The notes under the pieces were generated by a model, which saw nothing but the letters and a program-made list of their open reading frames with translations, made no database searches and was not told the DNA's origin. 32,000 nt of DNA from Candidatus Nitrospira inopinata (GTDB lineage Bacteria; Nitrospirota; Nitrospiria; Nitrospirales; Nitrospiraceae): NCBI RefSeq assembly GCF_001458695.1, contig NZ_LN885086.1, forward strand, positions 2,010,001 through 2,042,000. The letters run 5' to 3'. The position numbers were made by a program, and so were the translations under genes. Positions 25,148-32,000 of this stretch are shown here, one piece after another. Every line of letters starts with the position of its first letter. The stretch's first letter is position 1.

Positions 25148-25255
25148 GGTCCTGTCCCTCCCGTGGTGGTTCAGGTGAAAGTCTCATGGCCGGTTTCTCG
25201 TTTTGAGGCTCCGGCCGATTCGGCACGTAAAACCGGAACGTCACGCTTGCGACAC

Positions 25256-25918
25256 TTATCGGGCCGTCGCGCCCGGCATCATCTTGCGCTGATCGGCAAA
25301 GATCTCGCCGAACGTCCGTCCCCGTGAAGCGAGGGCCCGCTCGCCGTCCTTGATCAATTGCATGAAACGCTGAAAGTCCTCCGTCGAGAGGTTGAACGAG
25401 GCGAGTCCGGGCGACAGTAACCGAAGCTCGTCAGACGAGGCGACCGTTGCGGCATCGGCCAGGGCCTCCAACACTTCTGCGGTCCATCCTGTCGCTCCAA
25501 ATTCCGCCAATCGTTGTTCAGTCCGGTCTTCGGCTTTGTTCGCGACGGCGCGCTGCAAAAAGTTCCGGACGGCCGGATCGTCGCTCTTCATGAACAGCGA
25601 CTGGATCTGGATGGTGGATCGAATCACGCGGTCGGCTTCTTTGGTCCCCTCCGGCGGAAGGACGCCGGCCTGCTCGAGCGTCGCCAGCACCGCCATGGCC
25701 GAGCCGACGGAAGGGCCGGCTCTTCCGGCCGACTGTGCGGAGGCCGGACGGTTTTTTTCGAGAACCGGTGTGGCCGCGGACGCGATTTCTTTGCAAGGCG
25801 GGCACAGGGCCAACCAGACGCACGTCATGACCGGCGGCCAGAACAGTCGTTTCGTTTGAAGCGAGATTGTCCGACGCCGTTCTTTCGGTTTGGTGTGCCG
25901 GCGGCGCATGGGGCGCAT
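25256..25918 (-). CDS. hypothetical exported protein
   Basis: Very basic N-region (RRRHTKPKERRR) followed by the hydrophobic segment LFWPPVMTCVWLALCPPC. Helical, Ala/Leu-rich remainder. No family recognised. Start uncertain. Confidence 0.5.
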   Translation of the reverse strand: MRPMRRRHTKPKERRRTISLQTKRLFWPPVMTCVWLALCPPCKEIASAATPVLEKNRPASAQSAGRAGPSVGSAMAVLATLEQAGVLPPEGTKEADRVIRSTIQIQSLFMKSDDPAVRNFLQRAVANKAEDRTEQRLAEFGATGWTAEVLEALADAATVASSDELRLLSPGLASFNLSTEDFQRFMQLIKDGERALASRGRTFGEIFADQRKMMPGATAR

Positions 25919-25974
25919 TATACTCCAAAAGCAGCGGCGCCGGATTGCCGAGAAATCGTTCGGCCGGCCGTTTC

Positions 25975-26003
25975 TTGCAACCGTTTTGCGCGGCTTCTAT
26001 AAT
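25975..26003 (+). promoter_or_regulatory. near-consensus sigma70 promoter TTGCAA-N17-TATAAT upstream of comM
   Basis: The hexamers and 17-nt spacer were read directly. The -10 element ends 35 nt before the ATG at 26039, with GGGGGGAGAAAGG between them. Confidence 0.55.
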
Positions 26004-26038
26004 CCGCCTCCATTGGGGGGAGAAAGGCTGTCCGGTTC

Positions 26039-27568
26039 ATGCTCGCCAAGGTTACGAGTGCGGCTCTCGTCGGTCTTGATGCCCACCTGGTCGACGTCGA
26101 GGTTGATATTTCGGGCGGCCTTCCCCAATTCTCGGTCGTCGGGTTGCCCGACGCTACGGTGAGAGAAAGCCGTGATCGGGTTCGCTCCGCGCTCAAAAAC
26201 TCCGGATTTCACTTTCCCGCCAAACGCATCACGGTCAATCTGGCTCCGGCCGGCATCAAGAAGGAGGGATCAGGGCTTGATCTGGCGATCGCCGTCGGCA
26301 TCCTGGTGGCCGAAGAGGTGATTTCTCAGGAGCTGTTGCAACGTCGGGTGCTGATCGGAGAGCTGTCGTTGGATGGGCGGGTGAAGCCGGTCACGGGCGC
26401 GTTGTCGTTCGGCCTGGCCTGTCGCAAAGGGTATGATCTTGTCCTGCCGGCCGAGAACGGCCAGGAAGCCGCGTTAGTCGAAGGCATCGCTGCGTACCCG
26501 GTCCATACGCTGTCGCAAACGGTGGAGTTTCTGGGCGGAAACCATCTCATTTCCCCGATGGTGTTCGACCGTGGCATGCTGGAAACGGCCAGGCCGGCGG
26601 AAGAGGAAGACTTCAGTGACGTTCGCGGTCAGGACCACGCGAAACGGGCTCTGGAAGTGGCCGCGGCGGGCGGACACAATGTGCTGATGGTCGGTCCTCC
26701 CGGGTCCGGCAAGACCATGTTGGCCCGTCGTTTGCCGTCCATTCTCCCGTTGCTGGATTTGGACGAGGCGATCGAAACCACGCGCGTGCACAGTGTCGCC
26801 GGACAATTGGCTCCCGAACGTCCGTTGTTGACGGCTCGCCCGTTCCGCGCCCCCCATCACAGCATCTCCGACGCGGGTCTCATCGGCGGAGGCACGGTGC
26901 CGAAGCCGGGGGAAGTGTCGCTCGCTCATAACGGCGTCCTGTTTCTTGACGAGTCCCCGGAGTTCAAACGGGGAGTCTTGGAAGGGTTGCGGCAGCCGTT
27001 GGAGGATGGTCACGTGACGTTGACCAGGGCCAGTGGATCGCTCCGGTATCCCGCGCGGTTTATGTTGGTGGCGGCCATGAACCCCTGCCCCTGCGGCTAC
27101 TACGGAGATCGGACCAGACCCTGCGTCTGCTCGCCCATGCAAGTGCGTCGGTATCGCTCCAAACTGTCCGGTCCCTTGCTCGATCGGCTGGATATCCATT
27201 TGGACGTGCCGCCGGTGCCGGTTCAGGAACTGCGCGCGGAGGCGCCGTCCGCCGAAAAGTCGGCGGCGATCCGATCGCGGGTGATGGCGGCTCGGGATCG
27301 CCAGCGCCGCCGGTATCAGCACGAAGGCATGTATACGAACGCCCAGTTGAAGCCGCGCCAGTTAAAACGGTATTGTGCGCTGGATCAGACGGCGCAAGAT
27401 CTTCTGGAACGAGCCATGGTCCGATTGCGGCTGTCCGCGCGGGCGCACGGACGGATTCTGCGTGTCGCCAGGACCATTGCCGACCTGGCCGAGTCTGATA
27501 CAATCGATGCCGTGCATGTCGCCGAGGCCGTGCAGTATCGCTCATTCGACCGTCATGTGGAGGCGTGA
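26039..27568 (+). CDS. comM: YifB/ComM family Mg-chelatase-like AAA+ ATPase
   Basis: N-terminal Lon-like domain MLAKVTSAALVGLDAHLVDVEVDISGGLPQFSVVGLPD. Walker A MVGPPGSGKTM. Walker B GVLFLDESPEF. Cys cluster NPCPCGYYGD...CVC. Confidence 0.92.
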   Translation: MLAKVTSAALVGLDAHLVDVEVDISGGLPQFSVVGLPDATVRESRDRVRSALKNSGFHFPAKRITVNLAPAGIKKEGSGLDLAIAVGILVAEEVISQELLQRRVLIGELSLDGRVKPVTGALSFGLACRKGYDLVLPAENGQEAALVEGIAAYPVHTLSQTVEFLGGNHLISPMVFDRGMLETARPAEEEDFSDVRGQDHAKRALEVAAAGGHNVLMVGPPGSGKTMLARRLPSILPLLDLDEAIETTRVHSVAGQLAPERPLLTARPFRAPHHSISDAGLIGGGTVPKPGEVSLAHNGVLFLDESPEFKRGVLEGLRQPLEDGHVTLTRASGSLRYPARFMLVAAMNPCPCGYYGDRTRPCVCSPMQVRRYRSKLSGPLLDRLDIHLDVPPVPVQELRAEAPSAEKSAAIRSRVMAARDRQRRRYQHEGMYTNAQLKPRQLKRYCALDQTAQDLLERAMVRLRLSARAHGRILRVARTIADLAESDTIDAVHVAEAVQYRSFDRHVEA

Positions 27569-27792
27569 GGACTTCCGTGTTTCAGACGCTGCGTGTCTTT
27601 CTGTGGTGGTTTTTCATCGGAGCGACCATGTCCCTGGCCGTCATCATGGTGCAAGGCGGCATCCGGGAAGTCATGGAGGCCCAAGGCTCCGTGTGGGACT
27701 TGAAGTTGGTTGAGCTCCTGACCACCGTCGTAGGAGGCGGTTTGCTCGGCGGCTGCGTCGCCTTGATCCTCGACCGCATCAAAAAGTCCTGA
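27565..27792 (+). CDS. hypothetical 75-aa two-TM membrane protein
   Basis: GTG start overlaps the comM stop (GTGA). Hydrophobic segments VFLWWFFIGATMSLAVIMV and LLTTVVGGGLLGGCVALIL. Confidence 0.5.
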   Translation: MRTSVFQTLRVFLWWFFIGATMSLAVIMVQGGIREVMEAQGSVWDLKLVELLTTVVGGGLLGGCVALILDRIKKS

Positions 27793-27859
27793 TCAGATCG
27801 AAAAGTCTGCAAGCGGCGGCTTCCACCTCTATCTCAAGCCAGAAACGGAATACCTGACC

Positions 27860-28285
27860 ATGGATATCGAAGTCGGCTCCAACCTGTATCGAAATTCGGA
27901 CGGCACGATCATGATCGACGGAGTTCCGCACATCCAAATCAGCCGGCATCCCTCGACCGGCGCCTTGTTGGTCAACTTCGCCCTGTTTGACGAGAACGGA
28001 CGGATGTTGGCCAAGGTGGTGGACAGTGCGCTCATGTTCAACGAGCGTCGGGCGTACAATCTGAATAAAACGACTCGACAGGTCTCGATGACCGAGGCGG
28101 CCGCGGGGACTGTGTTGCTGCACCTCGACATGACGGGGCCTGACCTTGTCCGGTTCTCCAAGGGGACGTTCTACACGATGAAAGGGCGGTTGCTCGAAGT
28201 GTCCGATAAAGAGTGGAAGATCGGCAAGCAGGCCAAGAGCAACCAAACCATCGACGCCAACGGCGGGCCGGTCGTGATCGGCTAA
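27860..28285 (+). CDS. hypothetical protein (141 aa, beta-rich)
   Basis: GC-rich third codon positions. No family recognised. Weak SD. Confidence 0.55.
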   Translation: MDIEVGSNLYRNSDGTIMIDGVPHIQISRHPSTGALLVNFALFDENGRMLAKVVDSALMFNERRAYNLNKTTRQVSMTEAAAGTVLLHLDMTGPDLVRFSKGTFYTMKGRLLEVSDKEWKIGKQAKSNQTIDANGGPVVIG

Positions 28286-28440
28286 TTGGTCCCACTCTTT
28301 CCTTTTGAGAATAATCCCGCTATCAGCTTTCCATCAGGCAAGCGATTGAAGGGGATGGACGTTCTTCTCTTCCCTTTCTTGGGACCATTGCTGTTGCCAC
28401 TGTGGAAAGGCTCGCCTGACAGAGGCGTAAGAGATGGTGA

Positions 28441-29799
28441 TCACTCGTCGTTGGCCGTTTTCTTGACGAGATGGAGGCGAGGCGCCGTCGGGACGTGTTT
28501 TGAGGGGGAAGAACCGGTTTTATCCATCGAGGGACCGGCCGACGAGTCGCTGCGCGGCTCGTCTTGCTGGTCGAAAATCAGCCGCGCGCCCGGCTTGAAC
28601 GTGAGATAGAACCAGACCCACTCCGAAATGACGCGAATGCGATTCCGAAACCCGATCAGAAAAAAGATGTGGGCGAAACACCAAATCAGCCAGGCCAGGA
28701 GGCCCGACAGATGGAGCGGACCGAACTGCGCCACCGCCCTCGCCCGTCCGATGGTGGCCAGGATGCCGCGGTTTTTATAGACGAACGGCTTGCGCCGATC
28801 GGGAGAGAGATTTTTCTCGATCAGTGTCGCCACGTAGCGCCCCTGTTGCATGGCGACGGGAGCCAGGCCGGGCAACGGCGCGCCATTGTCTCCCACGCAA
28901 TGGGCGGCGTCGCCGATGACGAAAATCCAGGGATCGTCCGGGATGGTCAGGTCCGCACGCACCTTCACCCGCCCCGACGGGTCTTGAGGGACACCGAGTG
29001 AATCCACCAATGAAGAAGCCCTGTTGCCCGCCGCCCAAATGATGTTGGTCGAGGGCACCCATTCGTTGCCGATCATCGCGCCGTCGGCACGGATCGCACT
29101 GACCGGACTGTTGACCTTCACTGTGACCCCCATCCGTTCGAGTGAGGCGGCGGCCTTGGCCGACAGCTCGGGAGCAAATCCCGGGAGAATGCGAGGGCCG
29201 CCTTCCACGAGGAGGATGGAAAGGTCGTCGAGTTTTAACGAGGGAAATTCAGGCCCCATGGCCTTCCGCCCGATTTCCGCCAGGGCTCCGGCCAGCTCCA
29301 CACCGGTCGGACCTCCGCCCACGATGATGAAGGTCAGGGGGTGGTGCCTGCCGGTCGCGGCCTGTTCCCGCTCGGCTTCTTCGAACGTGCGGAGCAGTTT
29401 TTCTCTCAGGCGGATGGCATCGGCGATGGTCTTGAGCCCAGGCGCGAACGACTCCCATTCCTGGTGGCCGAAATAGGTGTGGCGTGAACCGGGAGCGACG
29501 ATCAAGCAGTCGAAGGAAAGGGGAGGGCTGTTCCGCAAACGCACTGTTCGAGCGGATCGGTCGATCGACGTCGCCTCGTCCATGACGATCCTGATGTTCG
29601 GACGCGACCGAAAGATCGTGCGGAACGGCCACGCGATGTCGCCGGGTGGAAGGGCGGCGGCGGCGACTTGATACAGTAGCGGTTGAAAGAGATGATGGTT
29701 GGTGCGGTCGATGAGGATCACGTCCGCCTGCCGCAGGGAGCGGGCTGCCGTGAGTCCTCCAAATCCTCCTCCGATGATCACGACTTGTTTGCGAGTCAT
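28441..29799 (-). CDS. ndh: type II NADH:quinone oxidoreductase (NDH-2), FAD/NAD(P)-binding
   Basis: MTRKQVVIIGGGFGGLTAA, NHHLFQPLLYQVA, FIIVGGGPTGVELAG, and a C-terminal amphipathic/membrane segment LLAWLIWCFAHIFFLIGF. ATG at 29799 follows GGGAGA. The longer ORF to 29910 is rejected. Confidence 0.87.
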   Translation of the reverse strand: MTRKQVVIIGGGFGGLTAARSLRQADVILIDRTNHHLFQPLLYQVAAAALPPGDIAWPFRTIFRSRPNIRIVMDEATSIDRSARTVRLRNSPPLSFDCLIVAPGSRHTYFGHQEWESFAPGLKTIADAIRLREKLLRTFEEAEREQAATGRHHPLTFIIVGGGPTGVELAGALAEIGRKAMGPEFPSLKLDDLSILLVEGGPRILPGFAPELSAKAAASLERMGVTVKVNSPVSAIRADGAMIGNEWVPSTNIIWAAGNRASSLVDSLGVPQDPSGRVKVRADLTIPDDPWIFVIGDAAHCVGDNGAPLPGLAPVAMQQGRYVATLIEKNLSPDRRKPFVYKNRGILATIGRARAVAQFGPLHLSGLLAWLIWCFAHIFFLIGFRNRIRVISEWVWFYLTFKPGARLIFDQQDEPRSDSSAGPSMDKTGSSPSKHVPTAPRLHLVKKTANDE

Positions 29800-29815
29800 A
29801 GATGGTCTCCCGGCT

Positions 29816-29844
29816 AGCCTACGTGCCGAGTGAAACCCTGTCAA
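29816..29844 (-). promoter_or_regulatory. sigma70-like promoter TTGACA-N17-TAGGCT upstream of ndh
   Basis: The minus strand reads TTGACAgggtttcactcggcacgTAGGCTagccGGGAGAccatctATG. Confidence 0.45.
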
Positions 29845-30014
29845 CAAATCAGCCGAGATTGACCGGTCGCGCGGGCGACCTTTCGTTCTCCGCGGAGCGG
29901 GATTCGTCACCCGTTGTCAAGGGGTCGAAGAAGCCGATCGGTCGCCGGAGGAGATGCAGGCCATGAGAGTGAGCGGTGTCGGCTCGCCGGCTCTTGTTTC
30001 GTCTCCGCAATGCG

Positions 30015-30049
30015 ATCGCCGCGCCTGTCGTCAAGACGGGCGCGGCGAT
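30015..30049 (-). terminator. GC-rich hairpin downstream of clpB (putative terminator, no U-tract)
   Basis: ATCGCCGCGCC-N13-GGCGCGGCGAT, an 11-bp perfect stem, 45 nt past the clpB stop codon. Confidence 0.45.
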
Positions 30050-30093
30050 GGGCCTTCTGCAGAGGCCGGTGCGAACCGACGAAAACGTCCTGC

Positions 30094-32000
30094 CTAGGAT
30101 CGGCCTTCGGCGGTGTGAACCGGCTCGGCGGTGATGACCGGCGTGATGATCACGTTGCCGTCTTGGACGTCGATGGCCGCCGTGTCTCCATCCCGCAGTT
30201 CGCCCTTCACGAGCATGCGGGCGATGGGAGTTTCGACGCTCTGCTGGATCAGCCGCTTGAGCGGTCTTGCCCCAAAGGCGGGATCGTACCCTCGCTCGCC
30301 GAGATGCCGAAGGGCCGCCGGGGTCAACGTCACGGTAATCCGCCGTTCCTCGAGCCGCCGGCGGAGCCGTTCCAGTTGAATGTCCACGATCTTCATCAGG
30401 TGCTCCGTGCTGAGACCGTGGAACACCACCACTTCATCGACTCGATTCAAAAACTCGGGCCGGAAATGTTGCCGCAACTCGCCCATGACGACCGCCCGCA
30501 CCTGTTCGTAGGTGCCGCCGCTGCGTTGCGCGTCAAGGATGTGGGGACTGCCGATGTTGGAGGTCATGATCAGCACGGTGTTTTTGAAATCGACCGTGCG
30601 GCCGTGGGAATCGGTCAGCCGTCCGTCGTCCAACACTTGAAGCAAAATGTTGAAGACGTCGTGATGCGCTTTTTCGATTTCGTCGAACAGGATCACGGAA
30701 AAGGGCCGTCGCCGCACCGCTTCGGTTAGTTGCCCGCCCTCTTCATAGCCGACATAGCCCGGAGGCGCGCCGATGAGACGAGCCACCGTGTGCTTTTCCA
30801 TGTATTCGGACATGTCGATCCTGATGAGGTTGCCCTCGTCGTCGAAGAGGGTCGAGGCCAGGGCCCGGGCCAGTTCCGTCTTCCCCACGCCGGTCGGGCC
30901 GAGAAAGAGAAATGATCCGATCGGGCGATTGGGATCCTTGATGCCGGATCGCGCCCGTAGGACGGCGTCCGCCACGGCGCGGACTCCCTCTTCCTGCCCG
31001 ACCACGCGCTGGTGGAGCAACTCTTCGAGCTTCAACAATTTTTCGACCTCGCCTTCGAGCAGGCGCGAAACGGGAATGCCTGTCCAGCGACTCACGACGG
31101 CCGCGATCTCGTCCTCATCGACTTCCTCTTTCAAGAGCCTGGCCTCTCCCTGTTTCTTGCCCAACTGTTGCTGTTCGATCGTAAGCTCACGCTCCAACCG
31201 AGGCAGTTCCCCGTATCGAAGCTCGGCGACCCGGTTGAGGTCATAGGCCCGTTCCGCCTGTTCGATCTTTCGCTTGACCTCCTCGATCGCCTCGCGGGTT
31301 TTGCGGAGGCGGGAGACGGAGGTTTTTTCGGACTCCCACTTGGTTTTTAAGGCCTGGAGGTCGCGCTGTTTCTCGCTCAATTCGTGTTCGAGGGCGGCCA
31401 GCCGGGCAGCGCTGGCCGGATCTTTTTCTTTGCGCAACGCTTCCCGCTCGATTTCCAACTGGAGCACCTTGCGCGAGACTTCGTCCAGCTCGGCCGGGAG
31501 ACTGTCGATTTCCGTCCGCAGGCGCGCCGCCGCTTCGTCCACTAGGTCGATGGCCTTATCGGGCAGGAACCGATCCGAGATGTACCGGTGCGAGAGGCGG
31601 GCGGCCGCGACCAGGGCGCTGTCTTTGATCCGCACGCCGTGGTGTACCTCGTACCGTTCTTTGAGCCCTCGCAAGATGGAAATGGTGTCTTCGACGGACG
31701 GCTGATCCACGAACACGGTCTGGAAGCGGCGTTCCAACGCCGCGTCTTTTTCGATGTGCTTGCGATATTCGTCGAGCGTGGTGGCGCCGATCAAATGCAG
31801 CTCGCCGCGCGCCAGCATCGGCTTCAGCAGATTGGCCGCGTCCATGGCTCCCTCCGCGGCGCCGGCGCCGACGACCGTGTGCAATTCGTCGATGAACAGC
31901 AGAATCTGCCCCTGGGACGATTGAATTTCTTTGAGCACGGCCTTGAGGCGCTCTTCAAATTCCCCTCGGTACTTCGCTCCCGCAATGAGCGAGCCCATGT
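30094..32000 (-). CDS. clpB: ATP-dependent chaperone ClpB, C-terminal ~635 aa (5' end lies right of the window)
   Basis: [32 protein letters not shown], a long coiled-coil M-domain, NBD2 Walker [16 protein letters not shown], Walker [12 protein letters not shown]. The frame is open to the window edge. Confidence 0.95.
   Translation of the reverse strand, partial: MGSLIAGAKYRGEFEERLKAVLKEIQSSQGQILLFIDELHTVVGAGAAEGAMDAANLLKPMLARGELHLIGATTLDEYRKHIEKDAALERRFQTVFVDQPSVEDTISILRGLKERYEVHHGVRIKDSALVAAARLSHRYISDRFLPDKAIDLVDEAAARLRTEIDSLPAELDEVSRKVLQLEIEREALRKEKDPASAARLAALEHELSEKQRDLQALKTKWESEKTSVSRLRKTREAIEEVKRKIEQAERAYDLNRVAELRYGELPRLERELTIEQQQLGKKQGEARLLKEEVDEDEIAAVVSRWTGIPVSRLLEGEVEKLLKLEELLHQRVVGQEEGVRAVADAVLRARSGIKDPNRPIGSFLFLGPTGVGKTELARALASTLFDDEGNLIRIDMSEYMEKHTVARLIGAPPGYVGYEEGGQLTEAVRRRPFSVILFDEIEKAHHDVFNILLQVLDDGRLTDSHGRTVDFKNTVLIMTSNIGSPHILDAQRSGGTYEQVRAVVMGELRQHFRPEFLNRVDEVVVFHGLSTEHLMKIVDIQLERLRRRLEERRITVTLTPAALRHLGERGYDPAFGARPLKRLIQQSVETPIARMLVKGELRDGDTAAIDVQDGNVIITPVITAEPVHTAEGRS

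Noticed and set aside
26474-27322. 282-aa minus-strand ORF antisense to comM
   Set aside because: It is a shadow ORF. The comM identity on the plus strand is unambiguous.
28287-28386. Inverted 8-mers TGGTCCCA / TGGGACCA about 85 nt apart in the convergent intergenic region 28286-28440
   Set aside because: The arms are short, the loop is long and largely unpaired, and there is no U-tract. This is not distinguishable from chance.
29914-30729. 271-aa plus-strand ORF overlapping the clpB 3' region and the intergenic hairpin
   Set aside because: It is antisense to clpB and has no recognisable domain.

Overview
GC-rich (roughly 60% by eye) bacterial chromosomal window, gene-dense on both strands, with the long antisense shadow ORFs typical of high-GC DNA. 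I call 32 protein-coding genes, one tRNA-Leu(UAA), several sigma70-like promoters and two GC-rich hairpin terminators. I recognised no rRNA, CRISPR array, transposase or integrase. Left edge: a type IIB topoisomerase operon (top6B partial, top6A, ATGA-coupled) followed 38 nt later by an SF2 helicase. This is an archaeal-type enzyme in an otherwise plainly bacterial context (lgt, clpB, comM/yifB, addAB-like, NDH-2) and is my top candidate for something undescribed. Centre-left: a co-directional cluster of thioredoxin-fold protein, a 51-aa zinc ribbon absent from the ORF track, an AddB-like Fe-S nuclease, an AddA-like UvrD helicase-nuclease and a minimal zincin. Centre: tRNA-Leu followed by about 4 kb of small membrane, secreted and zinc-ribbon ORFs of unknown function, ending in a ~0.7 kb low-GC patch with foreign codon usage and a frameshifted HicA-like remnant. 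Right: DUF423; a dienelactone-hydrolase-fold protein that appears to lack its catalytic Cys and His, driven by a leaderless-type promoter overlapped by an inverted repeat; a Gfo/Idh/MocA oxidoreductase with a 3 x 18 nt in-frame tandem repeat; a stand-alone RAM-domain protein; comM; NDH-2; and clpB (partial). The palindromic hexamer CGATCG looks several-fold over-represented throughout. All functional calls come from by-eye motif recognition and none has been checked against a database.
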